Made by a program: the position numbers and the translations under genes. From an uncultured Candidatus Bathyarchaeia archaeon (GTDB lineage: Archaea > Thermoproteota > Bathyarchaeia > Bathyarchaeales > Bathycorpusculaceae): a stretch of DNA of 59,941 bases. Shown piece after piece: positions 36,118-44,729 of the stretch; the first letter of the stretch is position 1, and every line of letters starts with the position of its first letter. The stretch covers positions 1 to 59,941 of the forward strand of contig CAYVGZ010000002.1 in assembly GCA_964450845.1 (NCBI GenBank), given 5' to 3'. The notes under the pieces were generated by a model. It had not been told where the DNA came from. It made no database searches and saw only the letters and a program-made list of their open reading frames with translations.

Positions 36118-38190
36118 TTGGATGTAAACATCGTGGAAAAGCTAAAGCAAGAATTGAAAGGTATACTAACAGAAGCAGAAGTCTATTGTCCGCATATCCT
36201 AGCAATTGCGTTGATACTTGTACTGATTTTTCTTGTTTATCGACGTGATTTGGAAGTTCTTACAAACGAAGCTTTGAATACAGAAGCCCTTACCCACATA
36301 ATCTTAATACCCTTTTTTGTAGGCTTTCTAATTCACCAGAAGAAAGACCTGTTCAAAGCCTCACTCGTCCTCGGCAAACTTCAAAAACAGCAAAAAACGA
36401 GGCACATAGACGAACTTGTTGGATTAAGCCTATGCCTTATTGCCTTTCTACTTTACTGGTATGGGTCGTACACTTTTTATCCATTAGAGTATCATCTGCT
36501 TTCTCTTCCAATATTTGTTGCGGGCATTATGCTAATCCTATTTAACCTTAAAGCACTAAAAACAATAATGTTACCCGTTCTATTTCTCGCGTTCCTAATC
36601 CCACTTCCCACCGAGATCATGTATACGATAGGGGGAACTCTAGCAAACTTAAACACCCAAGCCTCGTACGCGTTACTTAAACCTCTAGGGCTTCCGGTAA
36701 CATTGTCCACATCCTACGGAGCCCCAACAATAATACTCACATCCTCCGCGGACCAACCCACATCCTTCACAATAGACCTTCCATGCTCAGGCATCTACAC
36801 GTTCATAGCCTTCACCATGTTCGCCACCTTCCTAGTTCTCATAATTTCAGCCCCAATCATCAAAAAAATTCTGATATTCATACTTGGATTCTCAATGTTC
36901 GAGATTTTAAACGTCATCCGCATAACAACAATTATTTCAGCCGCCTACCTTTTCGGGGAAGAAATCGCCATGCTTATTTTCCACACATCAGTCGGGTTGC
37001 TACTAACCTTTATCGGGATGCTGCTCACACTTTTTGCATCAGAAAAATTTCTAAAGATAAAATTCTTCTCCAAAACAAATGAAACACCCCCATGCCCAAA
37101 ATGCAAAACAGCACTAAAAGACTTCGAAAGCTTCTGTCTAAACTGTGGAAAATTCTTTAATCCATTGAAGAAAAAGCCCTCACCAAAGTTATGGGCAAAA
37201 CTAATCATTCTTTTAGCAGGTTGCTCCCTAATAGTCTTAAGTATCAACGCGCCCGTTTTCGCTATAGCCCAAGGAACAATTGAAGTTACATCTAATTGGG
37301 AGGATTCAACCAACATTCTCCCACCAATACCCAATTACGATTTAAAATTTCTATACAGAGACATAAACTACGAGCGAATAGCAAAGCAAGATGCCTCACT
37401 CACATATGCATATTCTCTAGCAAACTTCTCAGACCAAGGCGTTTACGTGCTAGTCGGTGTTGCAAAAAGCATTTCAAACCTTCACAACTGGGAAGTATGC
37501 CTAATATCATGGCAAACAGCCCAAGGACAACATCCGCTAGTTACAGTGCTAGACTCTAAGGACATGCAACTGATCGAAAGCGGTCCAATAATAGCTCGCT
37601 ACCTAGTCTTCATAAACCAACAAAACTACACGCAGATAACTCTTTACTGGTATGAAAGAGCAACTTTCAAAACTGGAATCACTGTGCAACAGAAATATGT
37701 CAGAGTAAGCTTAATAATCTTGACAAGAAACTCGACAAACTACCAACAATACGAAAGCCTTATACTGGATTTTGGAAAAGCCATAGCCTTTCACTTGGAA
37801 CCAATAAAAACCCAATCGCTAATTTCTCTAGGGGTTCCTGCGCAACAAGCACTGCTAATTCTCTCAATAGCCTCCATAATAGTAGCCAAAACAACACAGT
37901 ACACTAATGAATGGCGAAAAAGAACAAACAACCTTAAAATCTTCGATCATTTTGCCTCCCCAACAGACAAACTCACACTCCAAGCAATAACTGAATTAAA
38001 CAAAGAAAGAAAAACAGCAGCGGCAAGAGACATAAACCTAGCTATCAAACGAAAAGTTGGAAAGACCATGAGAATCGAAAAGCTAGGAGAGAAACTGAAC
38101 CGCTTACAAGAATATGGCTTCATAAAGACAGACATAGCTTCCTACAATAACAAGCCTATACTGGTCTGGAAAAGCTTAGTAAACATGTAG
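36118..38190 (+). CDS. Exosortase/archaeosortase family protein with Zn-ribbon, EpsI-like and wHTH-like extra domains
   Basis: Multi-TM N-half with DLPCSGI (Cys), NVIRI (Arg) and IFH (His) triad; CPKC...CLNC; extracellular HNWEVC...YWYE segment; basic C-terminal helix-wing domain. Confidence 0.85.
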   Translation: MDVNIVEKLKQELKGILTEAEVYCPHILAIALILVLIFLVYRRDLEVLTNEALNTEALTHIILIPFFVGFLIHQKKDLFKASLVLGKLQKQQKTRHIDELVGLSLCLIAFLLYWYGSYTFYPLEYHLLSLPIFVAGIMLILFNLKALKTIMLPVLFLAFLIPLPTEIMYTIGGTLANLNTQASYALLKPLGLPVTLSTSYGAPTIILTSSADQPTSFTIDLPCSGIYTFIAFTMFATFLVLIISAPIIKKILIFILGFSMFEILNVIRITTIISAAYLFGEEIAMLIFHTSVGLLLTFIGMLLTLFASEKFLKIKFFSKTNETPPCPKCKTALKDFESFCLNCGKFFNPLKKKPSPKLWAKLIILLAGCSLIVLSINAPVFAIAQGTIEVTSNWEDSTNILPPIPNYDLKFLYRDINYERIAKQDASLTYAYSLANFSDQGVYVLVGVAKSISNLHNWEVCLISWQTAQGQHPLVTVLDSKDMQLIESGPIIARYLVFINQQNYTQITLYWYERATFKTGITVQQKYVRVSLIILTRNSTNYQQYESLILDFGKAIAFHLEPIKTQSLISLGVPAQQALLILSIASIIVAKTTQYTNEWRKRTNNLKIFDHFASPTDKLTLQAITELNKERKTAAARDINLAIKRKVGKTMRIEKLGEKLNRLQEYGFIKTDIASYNNKPILVWKSLVNM

Positions 38191-38231
38191 AAAACTTAAA
38201 TGAAAGCTGGTAATATTTTTCTTAGAAAGCA

Positions 38232-39155
38232 ATGTGTCCAGAGAAAAAACAGCAACAAACTGCAAAAGAAACAGAGGACAAAACATCCGAACTAACCACT
38301 ACACAATATCTAATAGAAATAATAAAAAAGCTGCAGACAGACAATGAAAACCTAAAACTTGAACTCAAAAAAATAAAAGATATCCCATCAGGCAAAATAG
38401 GCTTCGCATTCATAATCCCAGGCGCATTAGCGCTAATCTTCTCCATACTCAACAACTCTAACGTTTTAGCCTTCATAGGTTTAGGCCTAACTTTTTGGGG
38501 CGTCCTCTTCTTTTTCGTAAGACCCGTAAGATACGTTCAAAGCAGCTTGCTAGACTCAACAGCCATCTCCACATACACTACAATCGACAAAATAGTTAAA
38601 GACCTAAAATTCAAAGGAAAAAGCTACTACATACCACCATACCCAAAAGAAGTCTACCTACCAGAATACCTGAAAGGACTCAAAGAAACCGTAGTATTCA
38701 TATCCGCCGACACAGTCGGCATACCATCAATAGAAGAACTCGCAAAAAGCAAATTCCTCCTCGAAAACCCCAACGGAATATGCGTAGCACCGCCAGGCTT
38801 AGGTTTGCTAACCCAATTCGAAAAAGAAATGAGAAGAGACATAACAAAGCTTCAACTAAACGAAATATGCGAAAGCCTTCCACCCCTAATTGTTAACAAC
38901 CTCCGACTTGCAAAAGACGTGGAAATAATAGCTAAAGACAACCAAGTTTACGTGAAATTGCTCGACTCAACATACAAAAGCCTATACACAGCAGAAGAAA
39001 ACCTGAAAAGCATACTTTCCCTAGGATGCCCCCTCTTAAGCGCCATAGCTTGCATAATCTCAAAGGCAACTGGAAAAATAGTCACAATAGAAAAAAACAA
39101 CATATCTCTAAATGGCCAAACAATCGAGTTTTGGTACAAATTCGTAGAAGGTTAA
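38232..39155 (+). CDS. Membrane protein: coiled coil, 2 TM, and a soluble domain with a V4R-like C-terminus
   Basis: Heptad N-terminus; two TMs; GCPLLSAIACIISKATGK.V.IEK. Confidence 0.65.
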   Translation: MCPEKKQQQTAKETEDKTSELTTTQYLIEIIKKLQTDNENLKLELKKIKDIPSGKIGFAFIIPGALALIFSILNNSNVLAFIGLGLTFWGVLFFFVRPVRYVQSSLLDSTAISTYTTIDKIVKDLKFKGKSYYIPPYPKEVYLPEYLKGLKETVVFISADTVGIPSIEELAKSKFLLENPNGICVAPPGLGLLTQFEKEMRRDITKLQLNEICESLPPLIVNNLRLAKDVEIIAKDNQVYVKLLDSTYKSLYTAEENLKSILSLGCPLLSAIACIISKATGKIVTIEKNNISLNGQTIEFWYKFVEG

Positions 39156-39158
39156 GAC

Positions 39159-39365
39159 ATGAGCTTTCCAATGTCAATGTCAGACATATGCCTATGGCTG
39201 GCTGTTATGGCTATAATTCTGCTAATAACCTCTGAGCTCATATCATCCGCAACTGAATACTCAAGAAACATCATAATCGAAAGAAACCGACTTCGACTAG
39301 TGGCATTAGCATTAGGAATAGGATTCATGGTCACAGTTGTCGTGCGCATATTCCAACCCTTCTAA
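39159..39365 (+). CDS. Small 2-TM membrane protein
   Basis: 68 aa, two hydrophobic helices around ELIS...Y; 3 nt after the previous stop. Confidence 0.7.
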   Translation: MSFPMSMSDICLWLAVMAIILLITSELISSATEYSRNIIIERNRLRLVALALGIGFMVTVVVRIFQPF

Positions 39366-39440
39366 AATTTGCGTCATTAAATGTAGTAAAAATTTTGACA
39401 CTTAAAAAAAAGGAAAAAAAGGCTGCTTTAGCGCGCGCTA

Positions 39441-39902
39441 TTATGGATATTCAGTTCCAATTATAACTATGCTAAATGAGAAATCAGTAATATCTGACTC
39501 TACAATAGTTGTCGAGACTGAAAGAGTCAAAACCGCCTTAAACGATTCGCCTACATCCAAAAATTGTCCCTCACGATCCCAACCAAGTGTTATGTAATCC
39601 CTGGCAAAAGAAGGACTCCAACTATCCACTGTCATATTAAGCTTTATTCCTGTTGTTCCAATGTTTTTCACCCAAACATCATAAGTATAGGTTTCTCCTG
39701 CCTCCAAAAGCCCCCAGTCAATAGATGTCAAGTTATTTGTGCAAGCCGCATCGCTGTATACGCCCACGCCAACAGCTTTCAAGCTTGCATGATTGTCGAC
39801 TCTATGGTAAGCTGTAAGTAAACCCGCGGCTACGACGCTTACCATAAGTACTGTCACAACTACGGCTATAACTACCATCATGTTGGTTCTTTGTGTTTCC
39901 AT
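39441..39902 (-). CDS. Exported single Ig-like-domain protein (IDWG family), copy 2
   Basis: TM then NHASLKAVGVGVY...SIDWGLLEAG...KNIG...LGWD...VLTLSV...DFSFSIVI. Confidence 0.7.
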   Translation of the reverse strand: METQRTNMMVVIAVVVTVLMVSVVAAGLLTAYHRVDNHASLKAVGVGVYSDAACTNNLTSIDWGLLEAGETYTYDVWVKNIGTTGIKLNMTVDSWSPSFARDYITLGWDREGQFLDVGESFKAVLTLSVSTTIVESDITDFSFSIVIIGTEYP

Positions 39903-40300
39903 CACGAACACCGAAGAAGAAGGATATCGTAAGTCTTAATAAATATTACTGTTCACATTAACAACGCAAATACACATACAACAATGTACCAACTATTTGA
40001 TACACGTCCTAAATCACAAAAACGCATTGGCTCGTTTTCAACCACATTCTTTGCGAGTTTCTGGAAAAAAGAAAATGGCACAATAAACTGGCACAGAAAG
40101 CATGGAATAAACAGAATATCTTCCGAAACACGGAAATCACTAAACAAACGCCTATGTTAATTGTACTCGTCAAAAGCCACTAACAAATTCTGGCCTCCTG
40201 AAACAATAACTTGCAAGTGTTGACAGCCATACTGCCAACAAACAACGCTTGGCGGTTGCTCAACACCTAAACGAGACTATAGACTTATTAGATTCACCCT

Positions 40301-40966
40301 TTGTTTTTAGCCAGAACGGAGGAACACAAATCGTTCGCAGTCGGTCATCTTGCATTCGGATACGTGTTGGGCAGGGCATCCGCGAAAATTGTTAAAACGA
40401 AACTTAACACTCCACTTGCCCTCACGTTATCTATCATTCCAGACATCGACATAATAATTCCATTTCTCCAGCACCGAGGACCAACGCACTCAATTATAGT
40501 ATTATTCGTGTTTTTTGTTCCAATTTTCGCTATTTACCGTAAAGAGGCAATCCCATATTTTTTGGCTTTGATTCAACACCCATTAATAGGCGACTATATT
40601 ACAGGCGAAACCCAACTACTATGGCCCATTTCGACGGAATACTACGGAATGGAAATCGGCATAAAAAGCCAAACAAACATAACCATAGAGTGGCTGATAT
40701 TTCTTGCATCAATGATCATCATGTTTAAGACCAAAGATATAATGTCATTCTTTCGACCGTGCAATTCAAACCTCATCCTGTTCATACCAACATTCACAGT
40801 GTTACTGCCAATATTCGCAAGCTTTCCATTAAACGTACCCATTTGGCTAATACCACCACACATGTTATATGTGTTAATATTCTCACCATCAGTAATCATT
40901 AGCCTCTTCAAAGTTCTCAAAACATTTAACGCGCCGAAACAGTTATTTTCTGCATTAAACGATTAG
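40301..40966 (+). CDS. Membrane-bound metal-dependent hydrolase (YdjM-like)
   Basis: GH...PDID...HRGPTHS...H..GD...LLWP; start uncertain. Confidence 0.8.
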   Translation: MFLARTEEHKSFAVGHLAFGYVLGRASAKIVKTKLNTPLALTLSIIPDIDIIIPFLQHRGPTHSIIVLFVFFVPIFAIYRKEAIPYFLALIQHPLIGDYITGETQLLWPISTEYYGMEIGIKSQTNITIEWLIFLASMIIMFKTKDIMSFFRPCNSNLILFIPTFTVLLPIFASFPLNVPIWLIPPHMLYVLIFSPSVIISLFKVLKTFNAPKQLFSALND

Positions 40967-41079
40967 TGTGAGCCAATTTTCTCATATTAATCTAGACACC
41001 ATTGGTTTGCTTCTGTTTCTCCACAGGCAATTAATACGAACGTTAACCTTAAAAACACCAACAAACAAGAGCAAAGCAA

Positions 41080-41916
41080 ATGAAACAAATAAACTGGCTG
41101 AAAACACTTCAAGAGTGCACAAATCAAATACAGAAACAGATAAAATCACTACTAGAAACGCTGAACCAACCACAACCAAACCTAGGAATAGGAGCAGGCG
41201 GCGACCCAATAAAACAGATAGACCTAACAGCAGAAAACGCCATAATAAACACGCTGAAAAATCACAAAATCTCGTTTACACTCATAAGCGAAGAATCAGG
41301 CGTAAAAAAATATGGCAAAACTCCTTACAAACATTATGTGACAGCAGACCCAATAGACGGCACAACAAACCTCATGAGGGGCATACCCTTCTACGCAACA
41401 TCCATCGCAGTATCCACAAAACCAACCCTAAACACCATACACACGGCACTCGTAGCAGACCTATTACACAACGTAACCTACACAGCACAAAAAGGAAAAG
41501 GAGCCCACCGCAACAACCATAAAATAGTCCCATCAGAAAATGCGTCAATAGAAGAAGCAGTGATAGGCATGGACTTAAACACCTACAAAATCCAAAAAAT
41601 CGCTCCACAACTCACAAGCCTAATCCAAAAAACAAAACACATACGCCACCTCGGAGCCAACGCTCTAGAATTATGTTACGTGGCAGACGGAACAACAGAC
41701 GCCTTCATAGACATACGTGGAAAACTCCGCACAACAGACATGGCAGCTGCATGGCTAATAATACAAGAGGCAGGAGCAAAAATAACAACATCGGAAGGGA
41801 AACCACTAACAATTAAGCTAGACCCAAAACAAAAAGTAGAATTCATAGCTGCCGCAAACCGAAAAATCCACAAAACTATACTTAGCCTGATAAAAACAAA
41901 AAAGGAAACAAAATGA
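41080..41916 (+). CDS. Inositol monophosphatase / FBPase (archaeal bifunctional type)
   Basis: ISEESG, DPIDGTTN, RHLGANALEL, DAFID, TDMAAA. Confidence 0.92.
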   Translation: MKQINWLKTLQECTNQIQKQIKSLLETLNQPQPNLGIGAGGDPIKQIDLTAENAIINTLKNHKISFTLISEESGVKKYGKTPYKHYVTADPIDGTTNLMRGIPFYATSIAVSTKPTLNTIHTALVADLLHNVTYTAQKGKGAHRNNHKIVPSENASIEEAVIGMDLNTYKIQKIAPQLTSLIQKTKHIRHLGANALELCYVADGTTDAFIDIRGKLRTTDMAAAWLIIQEAGAKITTSEGKPLTIKLDPKQKVEFIAAANRKIHKTILSLIKTKKETK

Positions 41917-42758
41917 TAACACCACTACCACCACACCCGGCTGCACTAGTAAAAACACAGAAAACACGAATAATGGTAATTGCCGACCTGCACATAGGAT
42001 GGGAAATGTCCCTTTCAAAAAAAGGTATGCACGTCCCAACACAAATGCCGAAACTCCTAGAAAAACTAACAAACCTAATATCAACTTACAGACCCGAAAA
42101 ACTACTAATTCTGGGCGACGTAAAACACACAGTTGCCACCGCAGAAATAGGCGAATGGCAAGACATACCAGACTTCTTCGGCGAGTTAAAAAGGCAAACA
42201 AAGGAAATCCTTATAATCCGAGGCAACCACGACGGAAACCTTGAACCACTATTATCAGAAAACATAAAAATGTTGCCAGCGACTGGCGTAACTATTGGCG
42301 ATGTTGGCTTTTTCCATGGTCATAGGTGGCCGTCGCCGTCTCTTCTGAAATGCAAAACTTTGGTTATGGGGCATGTTCATCCGATTGTGGTCTTCCGTGA
42401 TCCAGCAGGTTTCAGAATAACGAAGCAAGTCTGGGTAAAAGCAAATTGCAATAGAACAAAACTGACTCAAGTCTTATTACAGAAGCGTAAAATAAAAATT
42501 GAAAAAAATGCTGAAGAAACACTATTAAAATATTACGAGATTAAGCCGAAAACCTCTCAGCTTTTCATAATGCCCTCCTTCAACGACTTTCTGGGAGGCA
42601 GACCGTTAAACGAAAGAAAACTTGCTGGAAAGGCAGAAAGTGAAAAAATAGTGGGTCCAGTTCTCCGTTCAGAATCAGTCGACATGGAAAACGCAGAAAC
42701 ATATCTTTTAGACGGAACTTTTCTCGGAACCCTAAACCAGCTTAAAATCTTAAGCTAG
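41913..42758 (+). CDS. Metallophosphoesterase (calcineurin-like, archaeal ICC-like)
   Basis: ADLHIG, LGDVKH, GNHD, HGH, GHVHP, MPSFN. Confidence 0.9.
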   Translation: MITPLPPHPAALVKTQKTRIMVIADLHIGWEMSLSKKGMHVPTQMPKLLEKLTNLISTYRPEKLLILGDVKHTVATAEIGEWQDIPDFFGELKRQTKEILIIRGNHDGNLEPLLSENIKMLPATGVTIGDVGFFHGHRWPSPSLLKCKTLVMGHVHPIVVFRDPAGFRITKQVWVKANCNRTKLTQVLLQKRKIKIEKNAEETLLKYYEIKPKTSQLFIMPSFNDFLGGRPLNERKLAGKAESEKIVGPVLRSESVDMENAETYLLDGTFLGTLNQLKILS

Positions 42759-42817
42759 TAGTGTTTCAGCATAAGATTTATAGATAATAGCCTTATTCAC
42801 ATTAACAAGGTGAAAAA

Positions 42818-43417
42818 ATGCCATCAGATGAAGATTATCCAGACTGGATTAGAAAGAGGCGCTATCCTTTCTTTAGAGGAGGCTGGGATTTTCAAGACAT
42901 TGACAAAATGTTTCATGAAATGGAAAAAATGATGGAAGAAGAATTCAAAACGTTCACTTCGCGAGTTCCCAAAGACTATGTTAGAGAACGCAAACTTCCA
43001 GACGGCTCCACAGTGCGGGAATTAGGTCCATTTGTATATGGCTATAGCGTAAAAATAGGGCCTGACGGAAAACCTGAAATCCGCGAATTCGGAAACGTTA
43101 AGCCAAGTCGATTGGGACCTCAGGTTAAGGAAGAACGTGAACCACTTGTGGACATAATTGAAACAAACGGGGAAATCCACATTGTGGTTGAGCTGCCAGG
43201 GGTGGAGAAGAAGGACATTAAGTTGCACGGAACAGAAGACACACTTAGCATATCGGTTGATATTCCGCAACGCAAATACTATAAAGAAATCAAATTACCT
43301 GCAAAAGTAAAGGTGAAAGAAGCTAAAACAGAATATAAAAATGGAGTTTTAGAAGTTACACTGCCCAAAACAAAAGAAGAAAAGAAACCGAAAGGCGAAC
43401 CAATAAACATAGAATAA
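42818..43417 (+). CDS. hsp20: Small heat-shock protein Hsp20 (archaeal type)
   Basis: GPFVYGYSVKIGPDGKPEIREFGN, EPLVD...ELPGV.K.DI, YKNGVLEV. Confidence 0.92.
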   Translation: MPSDEDYPDWIRKRRYPFFRGGWDFQDIDKMFHEMEKMMEEEFKTFTSRVPKDYVRERKLPDGSTVRELGPFVYGYSVKIGPDGKPEIREFGNVKPSRLGPQVKEEREPLVDIIETNGEIHIVVELPGVEKKDIKLHGTEDTLSISVDIPQRKYYKEIKLPAKVKVKEAKTEYKNGVLEVTLPKTKEEKKPKGEPINIE

Positions 43418-43472
43418 TGCTTAACATTTCTAAAATCGCAGTTAACTCTTTTCCGAAATAGCCTGTGCCCTC

Positions 43473-43883
43473 ATGGACAAAAACTCAGAGATTGATATAC
43501 TAAACGTCATATGCAGAAAAGCAAAGGCAGAGGGCAAATTAACGGGTAAAAATTTGACAAAACTTTACGAAACTTTTGGGCAACGTTTCATCAGGGCTTT
43601 TGAAGCCTTAAAAGAAAATCGTGTTAAAAAGTATGTTTTTAAGCCAAGCGGTAAGACTATCTGGATTGTTGTTGGAAAAGAACGAGACTACCTAATAATG
43701 CCTGAAGCTGAATTCTGCACATGCGACGACTTTTACTTTCGAGTCTTGGACAAGCAAGTGCACCTATGTTATCATCTTATTGCACAGAAACTAGCCAAAA
43801 ACTTGAAATGGTATGAAACTATAGAGGAACACGACGAAATTTACGACTCACTCATGACTGAGTGGAAAAAACCAACTCCTTAA
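43473..43883 (+). CDS. SWIM zinc-finger domain protein
   Basis: FCTCDDFYF...LCYHLIA. Confidence 0.85.
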   Translation: MDKNSEIDILNVICRKAKAEGKLTGKNLTKLYETFGQRFIRAFEALKENRVKKYVFKPSGKTIWIVVGKERDYLIMPEAEFCTCDDFYFRVLDKQVHLCYHLIAQKLAKNLKWYETIEEHDEIYDSLMTEWKKPTP

Positions 43884-43925
43884 ATATTTAAACTCAGAAG
43901 TAAAGGGGTAAAGGGGAATGTTTCC

Positions 43926-44042
43926 ATGGACATAGGTGCATACTTTGAAATACTCAAATATACTCTTATGACCGCGACATTCGTTGCCTTGGTTTTAATA
44001 TTTCTATATGCGTATTACGGCAAAGAAGAGAAGACAAGCTAA
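43926..44042 (+). CDS. Small single-TM protein (38 aa)
   Basis: Own translation MDIGAYFEILKYTLMTATFVALVLIFLYAYYGKEEKTS*, preceded by AAGGGG; below the ORF-track cutoff. Confidence 0.5.
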   Translation: MDIGAYFEILKYTLMTATFVALVLIFLYAYYGKEEKTS

Positions 44043-44047
44043 AAAGC

Positions 44048-44368
44048 CTAAGCGTTTGCCTTCGCTGTTTCTCTGCGTAATATTAGAAACATTATAATGC
44101 TTAAAACCGCAAAAATTATGGCAAATACAATCATCCAAGTGGCTTCTGGACCAGCGCCGAAAACTATCGGGATAAACCATATAAATATAACACCGCCAAA
44201 ATTTGCTGAACCCTCGCCGTAAAGCATTGTAGCAGCCATCAAGATTATGATGCCTAGAAAAATTATGAAAAATCCTATAATGAGCAATATTAAGAATTTT
44301 TGGGGTCTACCTGACTTATTGTTTGCATACTTTCCGATTTTTTCGTGGTCTCCCATACAAGGGCTCAC
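44048..44368 (-). CDS. DUF131 / TIGR00304-like membrane protein
   Basis: GGVIFIWFIPIVFG motif between TMs. Confidence 0.8.
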   Translation of the reverse strand: MSPCMGDHEKIGKYANNKSGRPQKFLILLIIGFFIIFLGIIILMAATMLYGEGSANFGGVIFIWFIPIVFGAGPEATWMIVFAIIFAVLSIIMFLILRRETAKANA

Positions 44369-44643
44369 CTAAACATTAAGTAGAATATGACCATTACTAT
44401 TATGAGAAGTATCGTAAGCGCCAGCGAAAGCAGCAAAATTGTTTTAACTGATTCCTTGTCTGTTCCAAAGATTATTGGAAAAGGTCCAATGATGATAGCT
44501 CCGCCACACTCGGCTTTGCCCTCTGCTTTAATGCTGGAAAGGAAGAGCAAAAAGATTGCAACTAAGATGACAAGCATTCCAGCGAATATTAAGGCTATAC
44601 CTAAACCTTGAAGAATCCCCGCGTCCATGAATGCGTTAGACAC
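44365..44643 (-). CDS. DUF131 / TIGR00304-like membrane protein
   Basis: GGAIIIGPFPIIFGTDK. Confidence 0.85.
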   Translation of the reverse strand: MSNAFMDAGILQGLGIALIFAGMLVILVAIFLLFLSSIKAEGKAECGGAIIIGPFPIIFGTDKESVKTILLLSLALTILLIIVMVIFYLMFR

Positions 44644-44729
44644 CTCTTGCCTCGTTTAATACTTGATAACAGCTTTTAATAACCTTTATAGCGTCCATTA
44701 TTCTCATCTTCAGCGGTATCAAAACTGAA

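Noticed and set aside
40968-41522. 184-aa Thr/Asn/Arg-rich ORF
   Set aside because: Overlaps the IMPase gene in another frame; a by-product of the A/C-rich composition
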